DNA of 63,565 nucleotides, from IMG/VR virus record IMGVR_UViG_3300021478_000029, positions 1 through 63,565 of that record. One strand, written 5' to 3'. The notes below the pieces were generated by a model. That model saw only the letters and a list, made by a program, of their open reading frames with translations. It was not told where the DNA came from and did not search any database. Every line of letters begins with the position of its first letter. The stretch's first letter is position 1. Positions 1 through 8,672 of the stretch are shown in pieces. The DNA is from a virus (Duplodnaviria > Caudoviricetes). A program made the translations under genes and the position numbers.

Positions 1-50
1 GCAAATGTATCGCGCTGACACAACTCAAGGACGGGAATCCTGCCGCGACG

Positions 51-290
51 ATGGAAACGGCCAGGTGTCTCCGATGCGGTCCCTCTGCCGCAGCGGAGCG
101 CACTTACGATAATGTCCAGTTGCTATGCCGCCGATGCAATCGTCATAAGGGCGCCTCACGGATAGTCGGTCAGTTGCCGCTTTTCCCGAGGCCTACGCCG
201 GAGATCATCATTCGTGCGCGCTTGCCGCGCTCCCACCTCTGGCGGTCAGCCGCGGGTCCCGCGCTCCCCGTTAGCGCGTCGTCCGGTTGA
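51..290 (+). pseudogene. HNH endonuclease remnant
   Basis: DNVQLLCRRCNRHKG is the second half of an HNH motif; the upstream DH motif is absent. Confidence 0.45.
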
Positions 291-458
291 ACCGCCTTGG
301 TCAAACGGACTCCCGGAAAGATTGGCGCTCCGCCGCCGGGAGCTCACCTTGCAGGACGGGCAAACGGAGCCGCGGTCACGCGTGGCGAACGGCCGTGTGC
401 ACAGTGAGCAAGTGCGCTTGGTCATTCCCGGCGGAGGTGTCCAGTCATCGCCTTCCAT
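246..458 (-). CDS. Small Zn-ribbon protein
   Basis: CSLC...CPSC in a 70-aa ORF from ATG 458; follows 463-1125 in the same operon. Confidence 0.5.
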   Translation of the reverse strand: MEGDDWTPPPGMTKRTCSLCTRPFATRDRGSVCPSCKVSSRRRSANLSGSPFDQGGSTGRRANGERGTRG

Positions 459-462
459 TGCG

Positions 463-1125
463 CTACGCTCCCGCTGATGCAGCGTGGTCAACCATCCCGC
501 CGACCACCGCCTCAATTTCCTCCGGGGAGTGTTCTTCCTCCCGCATCATGACCCGGTCATCAAACTCATGCCATGCGCCGTCCTCGCACAGTGGCGGCGC
601 GGCCAGGACGATGCCGGTCCGGTTGTCAAAGCGCACGAGTGCAGCGCACCGCCACCGCTCCGCCTGGCGCACGAGCCACGCGCGGAGCTCCGGGTCCCGG
701 TGCGCGTTCCGGTGCGCCGGGTCGCACCATATCTGGATCACGGGGACCTTGGCGGAGCTCCCGTCATCATTCTGCCGGACGATGAAATCCAAGGTCATGT
801 CGATCACGTAGTGGGAGCGGTCCGGGCGGCGGAGGCCCGCCGTTGTTTCGTCAATGAGCCACCGGCAGGCCCATGTGGCGCACGCGACGGGACGATCAGC
901 GTAGATCGAGCAACCCTTGCCGAAGCGGGCATACTGACACCGCTGGCCGGCGGCCTTGTTGAGCGGGACGGGGACGGGGACAAGCGTGCAACAGAGTGTG
1001 CACGTGCCGCACACTCGGCCGGAGGCCTCCCGGTTGAATGTGAGCTCCATGGAGCCGTCATCGTGCTCCACCATCTTCATGTGATCGCCGGCCAGTTCAT
1101 AATCCGGTGCTATGCGGGGCGGCAT
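463..1125 (-). CDS. CxxCxxCC (YkgJ-like) Zn/Fe-chelating protein
   Basis: CGTCTLCC...CQY...CSIYADRPVACATWACRW; true start may be ATG 1080. Confidence 0.7.
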   Translation of the reverse strand: MPPRIAPDYELAGDHMKMVEHDDGSMELTFNREASGRVCGTCTLCCTLVPVPVPLNKAAGQRCQYARFGKGCSIYADRPVACATWACRWLIDETTAGLRRPDRSHYVIDMTLDFIVRQNDDGSSAKVPVIQIWCDPAHRNAHRDPELRAWLVRQAERWRCAALVRFDNRTGIVLAAPPLCEDGAWHEFDDRVMMREEEHSPEEIEAVVGGMVDHAASAGA

Positions 1126-1298
1126 CAGGTGCGCCCTTCAATTTCCGCCAGGGTCCGCCGCGCCAGGTCACAGAGCGTTACCGTGGTCGCCTCCGTGGCG
1201 CCGGCCAGGGCCTCCCACGCGGCTCTATCCTCGGGGGACCATGGTCCGCCGCGGTGGAACAGTAAGACGGCCCGTGCAAGGCGCTCAGCCGGCGTCAT
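1125..1298 (-). CDS. Hypothetical protein (57 aa, below ORF-track cutoff)
   Basis: MTPAERLARAVLLFHRGGPW...; fills the gap between 1317-1583 and 463-1125; stop overlaps the next start. Confidence 0.55.
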   Translation of the reverse strand: MTPAERLARAVLLFHRGGPWSPEDRAAWEALAGATEATTVTLCDLARRTLAEIEGRT

Positions 1299-1316
1299 GG
1301 TCCGGGCCGGTGTCGC

Positions 1317-1583
1317 TCATGCCGGCGGCCTCCCCGTCCCGAACCCCTGATACTCCCAACCCTCTTTGCGGAGCCGGCGCAGCAAGTAGGGGAATTGCGC
1401 GAGCAGGTTCAGCAGTGCGGCGGCCTCCCCGGGGACCGTGGTCGCGCCTTGTGCCCAACGCTCAACGCGTCGGCGGATCGTAAGCGGCTCCGCGGTGTCC
1501 CCAAGGTGTCCGAGCAGGCGCGCCAATGCCCCTTGTGACAGTTGCAGCGCGTCCAAGGTGCTGCGGAATTCGTCCGTTGTCAT
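1317..1583 (-). CDS. Small XRE-type HTH regulator, candidate repressor of the left-end regulon
   Basis: MTTDEFRSTLDALQLSQGALARLL...RRVERWAQGATTVPGEAAALL matches the HTH-XRE pattern; preceded by a conserved hairpin and SD. Confidence 0.75.
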   Translation of the reverse strand: MTTDEFRSTLDALQLSQGALARLLGHLGDTAEPLTIRRRVERWAQGATTVPGEAAALLNLLAQFPYLLRRLRKEGWEYQGFGTGRPPA

Positions 1584-1599
1584 GGTTCTCTCCGGCGCT

Positions 1600-1622
1600 C
1601 CGCCGGCGCCAATCGCCGGCGG
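1600..1622 (-). promoter_or_regulatory. Conserved 5'-UTR hairpin, copy 1
   Basis: RNA CCGCCGGCG-AUUGG-CGCCGGCGG, 16 nt upstream of ATG 1583. Confidence 0.75.
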
Positions 1623-1635
1623 TTCCGCTTTCAGT

Positions 1636-1971
1636 CTAGTGCAGATATTCCGCTAGACCCATCCGGGTGACGGCCTCGATGATGGGCGTGGAGCACATGC
1701 CGTCTATACCAATGAAATAGCCGGCTTGCTTCTGCCACTCACAGGCCTCCCGGACCGCGGTCACGAATTCCGCCGCATCAGCGCACTCCGTCACCACGAC
1801 ATCGCCCTCAGCGTATGAGCAAAGCCGGAGGGTGAGGGGATTGATCCAGTTGCCGTAATACCAAGCGTCTTGCTTGGTATCGAGTTGAGCCCAGCCGTCC
1901 CTGAAATGGCACAGCTTGAAGTCATAGCGGTATCGGTCGCCCATAGGCTCAAAGGCGCGCGTGACCTTCAC
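1636..1971 (-). CDS. Hypothetical phage protein
   Basis: 111 aa, WAQLDTKQDAWYYGNWINP; GTGA overlap with the upstream gene. Confidence 0.75.
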   Translation of the reverse strand: MKVTRAFEPMGDRYRYDFKLCHFRDGWAQLDTKQDAWYYGNWINPLTLRLCSYAEGDVVVTECADAAEFVTAVREACEWQKQAGYFIGIDGMCSTPIIEAVTRMGLAEYLH

Positions 1972-2306
1972 CGGCCGGCCCTCCGGTCCTGGCGGCGCAT
2001 GGAGCGCAGCACGAGGCTCGCCGCGGTTTCCGGTGACAGGTTGAGGCGCTTCTCATTCAACCAATCCGCCACGGCCCGCATGGTTGACTCGTCACCGAAT
2101 GCAAACCGTTCCGGTAGAGGATAGTGGCCGGTCACGCCTTCAATAACTATGGACAGGATATAAGCGCCGCGATCCATAGTGGCCGTGAAGCAAAAGGGCA
2201 CACGTCCGCGGCCGTTCATTTCGAGGACCCGGTTTTCCAGGGCAGTGCAGAGCTCGTCGGCCGGGAGGGCGGCAGGCTCAGCGTTGACGGGCAATTTGTC
2301 AGACAT
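1968..2306 (-). CDS. Hypothetical protein
   Basis: Start re-called at ATG 2306 (MSDKLP) using GGAG SD, hairpin and promoter. Confidence 0.7.
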   Translation of the reverse strand: MSDKLPVNAEPAALPADELCTALENRVLEMNGRGRVPFCFTATMDRGAYILSIVIEGVTGHYPLPERFAFGDESTMRAVADWLNEKRLNLSPETAASLVLRSMRRQDRRAGR

Positions 2307-2323
2307 TGGAGGCTCCACAAGTT

Positions 2324-2346
2324 CCACCGGCGCCAATCGCCGGCGG
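2324..2346 (-). promoter_or_regulatory. Conserved 5'-UTR hairpin, copy 2
   Basis: CCGCCGGCG-AUUGG-CGCCGGUGG (one G-U pair), 17 nt upstream of ATG 2306. Confidence 0.75.
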
Positions 2347-2354
2347 CAGTGAGT

Positions 2355-2383
2355 ATAATACCAACATTTCATTGGTATGTCCA
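2355..2383 (-). promoter_or_regulatory. sigma70-like promoter with operator O1
   Basis: -35 TGGACA, 17 nt, -10 TATTAT; inverted repeat ATACCAAC-ATTTC-ATTGGTAT at 2358-2378. Confidence 0.8.
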
Positions 2384-2419
2384 GTGAACTTGCGGCGCGC
2401 ATCAAACGGAGCTCCGCTT

Positions 2420-2608
2420 ATGGACCTGTTGCTGATTATCGTCGTGTTGTTCCTGCTATTCGGCGGAGGCGGGGGACTATACCGTTACGGGTCACGCGCC
2501 AGTTGGGGACCGTCATACTACGCCGGCGGCGGCCTGGGGCTGATCCTGCTGATCGTGTTGGTTGTGTTGCTGCTCGGTGGCGGCGGCCTTCCGCACTGGC
2601 GCTACTGA
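2420..2608 (+). CDS. Small two-TM Gly-rich membrane protein (DUF3309-like)
   Basis: MDLLLIIVVLFLLFGGGGG...GGGLGLILLIVLVVLLLGG; GGAG SD. Confidence 0.7.
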   Translation: MDLLLIIVVLFLLFGGGGGLYRYGSRASWGPSYYAGGGLGLILLIVLVVLLLGGGGLPHWRY

Positions 2609-3231
2609 CGCGTCAGGACCTCAAGCGGCTCCACCTGCAAGCCCATTTCCTTCAACTCTTCCAGGAGCGCTTGAGCCGCGCGCTTCTCGGCGTCAGTGGC
2701 CAGGCGGGCCGGCAGAATGTTGATGATTTCACCCTCGACCCTCCCGCCGTGTATTGAGACTTTCCGGAGGCCGGTAGGCATGCCGCTGGCGCGCCGCTCA
2801 ATCTCCCGCATGTCCTGGATTGTCCGCCGCTCGCCAGTGGCGTTATCACGCCAAGTCAACATGCACCATATGACCTCTTTTCGATCTGACGCCTTGCTTG
2901 GCGGGAGCTCCGTGGCGCGCCGTTTATGATCCGCGTCAGTCTCGCCGGGCAGTTGCCCCACATCACGAATCCACGCCTCACCGATTGAGCACAGTGCGAC
3001 CGCATCATGGATGACGCAGAGCAACCGGAGCACACGATAGAAGTTTTGCTTGTCATGCAGCATCAGTGCCGGGATCACAAGCGGCCCCTCCGCCCGGTGC
3101 AGTATGAACATCGGGAGGACCTGGCCTTTATCGAGCAAGATTTGCCGGGCAAATGTCACGTCGAATTCGACCTGCTCTTGCCAGCGCTCGGGCACGTTGG
3201 CGCCTCCCGCGCTCCGTGGCCGGACGGTCAT
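2602..3231 (-). CDS. Hypothetical protein
   Basis: 209-aa ORF in the leftward operon; overlaps the upstream gene by 4 nt. Confidence 0.7.
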   Translation of the reverse strand: MTVRPRSAGGANVPERWQEQVEFDVTFARQILLDKGQVLPMFILHRAEGPLVIPALMLHDKQNFYRVLRLLCVIHDAVALCSIGEAWIRDVGQLPGETDADHKRRATELPPSKASDRKEVIWCMLTWRDNATGERRTIQDMREIERRASGMPTGLRKVSIHGGRVEGEIINILPARLATDAEKRAAQALLEELKEMGLQVEPLEVLTRQ

Positions 3232-3449
3232 AGCTCGTCCTCCGCGGCCGGTTCATACGCGTCATCGAATATCTCAACCGCCGGCATGCCCAACTCCGCA
3301 CGCTTCTCGTTGATCTTGTCCATGCAGGACCGGCACACCGGCTCCCGCGTCCCGGTGAACGCCGTCGTGCTCGGGACACGGACCGGATTGTAAGAAAACA
3401 CTTGATGGCACGTGATGCACGGACCCATGCAGAATACGAATCCCATCAC
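3228..3449 (-). CDS. Small Cys-rich protein
   Basis: CITC...CRSC; GGAGG SD. Confidence 0.7.
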   Translation of the reverse strand: MMGFVFCMGPCITCHQVFSYNPVRVPSTTAFTGTREPVCRSCMDKINEKRAELGMPAVEIFDDAYEPAAEDEL

Positions 3450-3469
3450 TAATCCTCCCGTTTGATGTT

Positions 3470-3706
3470 TCAGGGTAGCGCCTCCGCCTCCCGCCGGCGC
3501 CAGCTCGTGTAGTTTGCCACGTCAACCGCGAGTTGCCGGGCAAGCTGGTAAGGGCGGTAGAGCGCGTCCTGCTCTTCCCGCGGCTTGTCGAAGTCAACGC
3601 GTTGATCGTACTGCTTGAACAGGCGCCACGCGTCCTCAATACACTTGTCCGCGTGCCAGCCTGACCAGTTCTCCGGGTCCTTTGGAAGCCTGACCATAGC
3701 CGTCAC
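3470..3706 (-). CDS. Hypothetical protein
   Basis: 78 aa, 4-nt overlap with 3703-3924. Confidence 0.6.
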   Translation of the reverse strand: MTAMVRLPKDPENWSGWHADKCIEDAWRLFKQYDQRVDFDKPREEQDALYRPYQLARQLAVDVANYTSWRRREAEALP

Positions 3707-3924
3707 TCCGGCAGGCTGAGCGTGGCACTGTAGCGCCGCGCCAGGTCCTTCGCCGCCTTCACGGCCGCGGACTGCGATCGAAAAAACTGCTCGGACACCG
3801 TGCGGCCGAGTGCGTTGAAATCATCGTCCGGCAGGCCGAAACAACGGACCCGCCAGCCACGGCCGCTCCCGCGGTAGCCTCGCGGTTGCGTCCAATCAGT
3901 GACCGTCACTGTGTAGTGCATCAT
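3703..3924 (-). CDS. Hypothetical protein
   Basis: 73 aa in the tightly packed leftward operon. Confidence 0.6.
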   Translation of the reverse strand: MMHYTVTVTDWTQPRGYRGSGRGWRVRCFGLPDDDFNALGRTVSEQFFRSQSAAVKAAKDLARRYSATLSLPE

Positions 3925-4093
3925 GACACGGCTTCCATCAGTTTTAACTCAGCGGACAACAGAGCAATGTGCTCACGGCTCAACGGCTCAACCGGAGCCG
4001 GCTTCCACGGGCCGCGGGTCAGTGAAAGCAACGCGTCAATTTCCGCGTCCGTCAACGGGATTAGTTTTGTATCACGCATCATCTTGCCCTCCG

Positions 4094-4282
4094 TCAGCTA
4101 TCCGCTTGGGCGCGGTAGTAATCACGCATCAACCGCAAGGTTTCCAAGGCTTGCGTGATATTGCCGATCTCCACGTGTGCGACCAGCAGACCCAACGTTG
4201 TCGCTAGCATCATTTCGAGATGGCGGCGCGTGCGTTGTATTTCGACCAAAAGGCGGCCGATCTCTTCATTGAGTTCCATCAC
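4094..4282 (-). CDS. Hypothetical helical protein
   Basis: 62 aa, overlaps the stop of 4279-4620. Confidence 0.55.
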   Translation of the reverse strand: MMELNEEIGRLLVEIQRTRRHLEMMLATTLGLLVAHVEIGNITQALETLRLMRDYYRAQADS

Positions 4283-4620
4283 CGCTTCCCGCTCATGAGG
4301 TAGGTCATGCCATACGGGCCGCAGCCTGACAGTGGCTCAGCGTTGTGGAGGTTGCCGCGCGGATGGCGTGCCGGCGTCTTCCAACCGTCCGACTTCAGCA
4401 GGTTGCCGGTGGCGATCTCGATGAAGCCATAAGCGTATCGGCTTGATGGATTGTCCTCCACGACGATCCGGGAGTAGCGCGCGCCAGGCATTATCAGCAC
4501 GCGCGGAGGCGCGCCGACATTCCGGTTGGTAGTGTGATGCGCGGCCAGCATTGCCTCAAGGGCGGCGCGGAAGGCTTCGATTTCCGCCGCCGTCACTGGC
4601 GGGATAGAGCTCTGTGTCAT
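4279..4620 (-). CDS. Conserved phage protein (RYSRIV...GFI..ATGNLLKSDGWKTPARHPRGN family)
   Basis: Motif common in phage early genes; start re-called at ATG 4620 with GAGGA SD and hairpin. Confidence 0.75.
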   Translation of the reverse strand: MTQSSIPPVTAAEIEAFRAALEAMLAAHHTTNRNVGAPPRVLIMPGARYSRIVVEDNPSSRYAYGFIEIATGNLLKSDGWKTPARHPRGNLHNAEPLSGCGPYGMTYLMSGKR

Positions 4621-4637
4621 GGGGAAATCCTCAAATC

Positions 4638-4660
4638 CCGCCGGCGCCAATCGCCGGCGG
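4638..4660 (-). promoter_or_regulatory. Conserved 5'-UTR hairpin, copy 3 (intercistronic)
   Basis: CCGCCGGCG-AUUGG-CGCCGGCGG, 17 nt upstream of ATG 4620; no operator nearby. Confidence 0.75.
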
Positions 4661-4680
4661 CAGGCACGGCACGGCACGGG

Positions 4681-4893
4681 TCAGGTCAGGACCCGGACCA
4701 CCACGCAGCCGTTGAAACCCTTGGGCGCCATCTGCTTGATCGTCCGCCGCATCCAAGCCTTCGCAGCGCTATAGGTGCTTGAGGGAGCCCAAATCGGATC
4801 AGAGCCATCAAAGGAGAAGGCCCAACCGCCATAACCGCGAGGCTCGCGGCTGTGGGTCCAAACGTAGGTGACTGTGTCAAATTCAAAGGTCAT
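4681..4893 (-). CDS. Hypothetical protein
   Basis: 70 aa (HSREPRGYGGWAF); GAGGA SD, hairpin and promoter upstream. Confidence 0.75.
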   Translation of the reverse strand: MTFEFDTVTYVWTHSREPRGYGGWAFSFDGSDPIWAPSSTYSAAKAWMRRTIKQMAPKGFNGCVVVRVLT

Positions 4894-4913
4894 GGGGAAG
4901 GGTCCTCAATGCC

Positions 4914-4933
4914 ACCGGCGCCTATTCGCCGGC
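4914..4933 (-). promoter_or_regulatory. Conserved 5'-UTR hairpin, copy 4 (loop variant)
   Basis: GCCGGCG-AAUAGG-CGCCGGU, 20 nt upstream of ATG 4893. Confidence 0.7.
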
Positions 4934-4942
4934 AACAATTGG

Positions 4943-4971
4943 AATATACCAACATAACGTTGGTATGTCCA
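4943..4971 (-). promoter_or_regulatory. sigma70-like promoter with operator O2
   Basis: -35 TGGACA, 17 nt, -10 TATATT; perfect inverted repeat ATACCAAC-ATAAC-GTTGGTAT at 4946-4966. Confidence 0.8.
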
Positions 4972-4991
4972 GCGCAATCATCCAGCCTCTC

Positions 4992-5351
4992 TCAAATCAT
5001 GCCGAAAATCAGCAGCCAGGACGGAGCTCCGTCCGGACCCGTGCCGTCCGGTTCGACACGGTCGCCGGTGGGAGTTTCACAGACGCCGTCACTGACCCAT
5101 TCTTCCAGGCACGCCATGGAAGGAAGGCACTTCACGTCGCGGCGCCACGCCGGCAGTGATTCAACAAACGCAACTTTGCGCGCGCGCCACTCCGCCAACG
5201 TAAGCTCAGCCTTCTTGTGGCCAAACAGTTTCCAGGTCCGGTCATAGACGGACTTGCAAAGCACAACGCCGTCCTCGCGCGCGCTCAGCAAACGGCCGCC
5301 CTTGCCGATGTAACGGGCAAACTCGGGACCGTGGGCAGATAGTTTGGCCAT
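4992..5351 (-). CDS. Hypothetical phage protein
   Basis: Start re-called at ATG 5351 (MAKLSAHG); C-terminal EWVSDGVCETPTGDRVEPDG motif. Confidence 0.75.
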   Translation of the reverse strand: MAKLSAHGPEFARYIGKGGRLLSAREDGVVLCKSVYDRTWKLFGHKKAELTLAEWRARKVAFVESLPAWRRDVKCLPSMACLEEWVSDGVCETPTGDRVEPDGTGPDGAPSWLLIFGMI

Positions 5352-5369
5352 GGAAGGCACTCCCTCAAG

Positions 5370-5392
5370 CCACCGGCGCCAATCGCCGGCGG
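5370..5392 (-). promoter_or_regulatory. Conserved 5'-UTR hairpin, copy 5
   Basis: Identical to copy 2; 18 nt upstream of ATG 5351. Confidence 0.75.
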
Positions 5393-5400
5393 ACAAATGA

Positions 5401-5429
5401 AACATACCAACATTCCATTGGTATTGCCA
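5401..5429 (-). promoter_or_regulatory. sigma70-like promoter with operator O3
   Basis: -35 TGGCAA, 17 nt, -10 TATGTT; ATACCAAC-ATTCC-ATTGGTAT at 5404-5424. Confidence 0.75.
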
Positions 5430-5477
5430 GTTTAATCGCTATGCATCGGCGGAGTGTCCAGCGTGCGCTGATAACGC

Positions 5478-5506
5478 ATGACATACCAACTGAATGTTGG
5501 TATAGT
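5478..5506 (+). promoter_or_regulatory. sigma70-like promoter with operator O4, driving the 5533-9479 operon
   Basis: -35 ATGACA, 17 nt, -10 TATAGT; perfect inverted repeat ATACCAAC-TGAAT-GTTGGTAT at 5483-5503; AAGGAG SD downstream. Confidence 0.8.
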
Positions 5507-5532
5507 GTTTCCTGTAAGAAGGAGACACGCAC

Positions 5533-5745
5533 ATGACCACCGAAACCAAGTTGACCTGGCGCCGCGCATCAAAAAACAACGGCTTCTATGCCAAGGGTCC
5601 CGACGGTGAGTTCCACGTCTATCGCGCCGAGAAGGGGCGCCGCGCACATGAGGCCACGTTGAATGGTGAGGTCATCGGCAAGTGGAACGACGCCGCTGAC
5701 GCCATGGCGGACATTGAGCGCAGCCTCCGCGTGGAGGCCGAGTAA
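5533..5745 (+). CDS. Hypothetical protein
   Basis: 70 aa, strong AAGGAG SD. Confidence 0.75.
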   Translation: MTTETKLTWRRASKNNGFYAKGPDGEFHVYRAEKGRRAHEATLNGEVIGKWNDAADAMADIERSLRVEAE

Positions 5746-6134
5746 TGGCCTCCCGCCGCACCTGGATTGACGTTTGCGCGCACTGCGGCCGGACCGCTGA
5801 TACCAACGTCCCGCCGATCCCTCCGGAAACCGCCTGGGGCGGCGTCTGCATGGCGTGCAACGCCAAGCACGGATTGAGCGAGGCCTATACCGCCTGGCGC
5901 ACCGCGTGGATCGCCACCGCAAAGGCGGAGTCCCGGGCCAAGGGTGAGGCCGTTTGGCAGGCCAAGGGGATCAAGGTCGGGGAGCGCGTGCGCGTGTGGG
6001 GCCGGTCATTGCTCGGCGCGTTCCCGATCACCGGCATTGCCCGCGTCGGCGCCTCCGGCGCCTATGTCCAAGCGAAAGGGTATGGCCGCCTTGACCCGCG
6101 CGGCGCTCAGCGCGTGGAGGACCCGCAAGCGTGA
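5745..6134 (+). CDS. Zn-finger-containing hypothetical protein
   Basis: CAHC...CMAC; TAATG coupling to the upstream gene. Confidence 0.7.
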   Translation: MASRRTWIDVCAHCGRTADTNVPPIPPETAWGGVCMACNAKHGLSEAYTAWRTAWIATAKAESRAKGEAVWQAKGIKVGERVRVWGRSLLGAFPITGIARVGASGAYVQAKGYGRLDPRGAQRVEDPQA

Positions 6135-6844
6135 ATGATGCGATAGTCGAAATTCAAAACCCGCCCGTCGCCGCGGCGCTCGTGGCCAGCGGCTTTGATG
6201 GCATCGCACCACGCTATGACAGCGTGTTTCATTCGCGTCGTTGCTGCGCCGAGGACCGGCTCTTGGCCGCCAGGCTCCGCCCGTTCCTTCGCGGCTCCAT
6301 GGGCCAGCTCTTGGATGTCGGTTGCGGCACTGGCGCACTATTGCGCCTGGTCACGTGGCCGGTGTGGCGATACTCCGGCATTGACGTGTCAGCCGGCATG
6401 CTGGCGGAGGCCTCGCGACAGTATCCGGGCGCCGAGTTCTTTCGGGCCTCCGTGGAGGCCATGCCGTTCGGTGATGAACAGTTTGAGCGAGTAATCTCGA
6501 TCTTCTCCGCGCTCTCCTACGTCTCCGGACCTGCAAGGGCAGTCCGCGAGATTTATCGTGTTCTGCGGCCTGGCGGCCGGTGCCTCGTGATGGTTTATGC
6601 GCCGCGGTGGTATCGCCGCAACGCAGACTGTGCCGGTGACCTGCATGTGCACCTGGCGCCGGCCGCGTGGAGCGCATGGCAAGCCATCACGAGGTTCCGT
6701 GTGGCCGGCTTTGATCCGGGCTCCATCCGCCTGTCAGCGTTCTCGATCCTGCCGACGCCTCTGCTGTGCTTTGACGGCTTGCTAGCGCGACGGTTCCCGG
6801 AGGCCGGTCGCTATCTCATCATTGAGGCCGCGCGTCCGGCATGA
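6131..6844 (+). CDS. Class I SAM-dependent methyltransferase (small-molecule/UbiE-like fold)
   Basis: LLDVGCGTG, GIDVSAGML, MPFGDEQF, IYRVLRPGG. Confidence 0.9.
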   Translation: MNDAIVEIQNPPVAAALVASGFDGIAPRYDSVFHSRRCCAEDRLLAARLRPFLRGSMGQLLDVGCGTGALLRLVTWPVWRYSGIDVSAGMLAEASRQYPGAEFFRASVEAMPFGDEQFERVISIFSALSYVSGPARAVREIYRVLRPGGRCLVMVYAPRWYRRNADCAGDLHVHLAPAAWSAWQAITRFRVAGFDPGSIRLSAFSILPTPLLCFDGLLARRFPEAGRYLIIEAARPA

Positions 6845-8004
6845 CTAAGTCGCGGTCACGGACCGGGCTTGATGTGTTTGAGCAAGCCTTGCAGCGGCTC
6901 CATGAGCTCTACGCTGGCGGGCACACCGTGGTCGTGGCGTTCTCCGCCGGCAAGGACTCCGGAGTGTGCCTTGAGCTCGCCATCATGGCGGCCAGGATGA
7001 CCAATCGGCTCCCGGTGCACGTCTCGATGCGTGATGAAGAGGTCATGCTCCCGGGGACGTTTGAATATGCGGAGCGGGTCGCCGCGCGGCCCGAGGTTGA
7101 TTTCCGGTGGTGCGTGGCCAACCAACCGATTGTCAACGTATTCAACCGGCGCGCGCCGTATTGGTGGGTGTTTGACCCGGAGCTCCGCCCGGACCAATGG
7201 GTGCGTCAACCGCCGGAGTGTGCGACCCGGATTGACGCTCTCGACATCACGCGGATTATCACGCGGCAGACGTATCCTACGGCGCCAGGTAAAGACATTT
7301 ACGCGGTCATTGGTATCCGCGCGAGTGAAAGTCAAAACCGGCGCTACAGCGTGTTCGCCGCCGGCGGGCACCTGACCAAGCCGAACGCCATGGGGACCCG
7401 GAATTGCCGGCCGATCTATGACTGGCAGGACGCGGACGTGTGGCGCGCGGTCCGTGACAACAAGTGGGATTTTAATCAGGCCTACAATACCATGATCCGG
7501 TTCAACATCCCTCTGTCGAAAATGCGGATCGCACCGCCCACGCTCAACTCCGCTTCCGTGTATCTGTTGGAGATGGCGCGGAAGGCCTGGCCGCGATGGT
7601 TTGATAAGGTGGAGGACCGGCTCCCCGGCGTCAAAACCATATCGCAGTTCGGCGCGCGCGCCGTCATGCCGCACCGGCGCATTGATGAAACCTGGCATGA
7701 CACCTTCATGCGGGAGTGCATCACGGAGGCGCCGGCGCCGTGGATCGCGGAGCGCTCAACGAACGTCATGCGCGCGCTGCTATCACTCCACGGCCAACAC
7801 TCGACGGCACCGTTCCCGGACGTGAAGCCTTGCTATATGTGCGTCGGCAACATGGGCGCCTGGCGCTCGCTGGCGATGGCGCTTTACAACGGGGACCCGT
7901 TCGCACTGAAGACGCAAGGGATCGGCGGCAACCGCGCGATGGAACCGGAGTTCTTCCGCCACGGCGCGGGCAGTTGGGGCGGTCACTCACCGACCTGGTC
8001 ATGA
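6841..8004 (+). CDS. PAPS reductase-like / IbrA-YbdN-type PP-loop protein
   Basis: VAFSAGKDS PP-loop, GIRASESQNR, PIYDWQDADVW. Confidence 0.85.
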   Translation: MTKSRSRTGLDVFEQALQRLHELYAGGHTVVVAFSAGKDSGVCLELAIMAARMTNRLPVHVSMRDEEVMLPGTFEYAERVAARPEVDFRWCVANQPIVNVFNRRAPYWWVFDPELRPDQWVRQPPECATRIDALDITRIITRQTYPTAPGKDIYAVIGIRASESQNRRYSVFAAGGHLTKPNAMGTRNCRPIYDWQDADVWRAVRDNKWDFNQAYNTMIRFNIPLSKMRIAPPTLNSASVYLLEMARKAWPRWFDKVEDRLPGVKTISQFGARAVMPHRRIDETWHDTFMRECITEAPAPWIAERSTNVMRALLSLHGQHSTAPFPDVKPCYMCVGNMGAWRSLAMALYNGDPFALKTQGIGGNRAMEPEFFRHGAGSWGGHSPTWS

Positions 8005-8672
8005 ATTGGCATTACGCCTCCACCGGAGGCCTCAACTATCCGGTTCAACCTGGCGAAGTGTGGCGTGCTGATCACCACGTGATCGCATGCGGGGATTTGG
8101 AGGCCGGGGATGGGCTCCGGCTCATTGACCGGTTCGGAGCTCCGGACCTGGTCTATTCCGACCCGCCATGGAATGACGGCAACGCCGGCGCGTTCCGATC
8201 GAAAGCCGGGATACCGCGTAAGGTGAACTTCACCGAATTCCTGGATCAGTTGCTCACCGTGGTTCGGATGGCGCGCCGTGACGTGTTCCTGGAAATGGGG
8301 ATCGCCAACACGCCGCATCTGATGGACCTGGCGGAGCTCCACGGCGGGGAGGTCGTCCGGCGCTGGCCGATCACCTATTACCGGCGGCATCCCTGCATGC
8401 TTCTGCATCTGCGCTGGCAGGGTCCGGCCGCAGACGTGGACGGGCTCGCCGGGATGGATGACGAGGATACGCCAGGGGCAGCGCTCAAGGCCTGCATGCG
8501 GCCCGGCGACGTCGTAATGGACCCTTGCACCGGCCGTGGCCTGACCGCCTTCACGGTGGCTACGGCGGGCCGCACGTTCCATGGGCTTGAGCTCTCGCCG
8601 TGGCGCATGTCGTGCACGCTGACGCGCCTGGCGGCGGCAGGTTGCACCATCGAGCGTGAAGGACCCTTGTAG
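8001..8672 (+). CDS. Amino (N6A/N4C) DNA methyltransferase-like protein, beta-type motif order
   Basis: Start ATG 8001 (ATGA overlap); catalytic DPPW before SAM-binding DPCTGRG and GLELS. Confidence 0.8.
   Translation: MNWHYASTGGLNYPVQPGEVWRADHHVIACGDLEAGDGLRLIDRFGAPDLVYSDPPWNDGNAGAFRSKAGIPRKVNFTEFLDQLLTVVRMARRDVFLEMGIANTPHLMDLAELHGGEVVRRWPITYYRRHPCMLLHLRWQGPAADVDGLAGMDDEDTPGAALKACMRPGDVVMDPCTGRGLTAFTVATAGRTFHGLELSPWRMSCTLTRLAAAGCTIEREGPL

Noticed and set aside
7716-8000. 318-aa version of the DNA methyltransferase given in the ORF track
   Set aside because: The extension overlaps the PAPS-reductase-like gene; ATG 8001 gives a clean ATGA coupling
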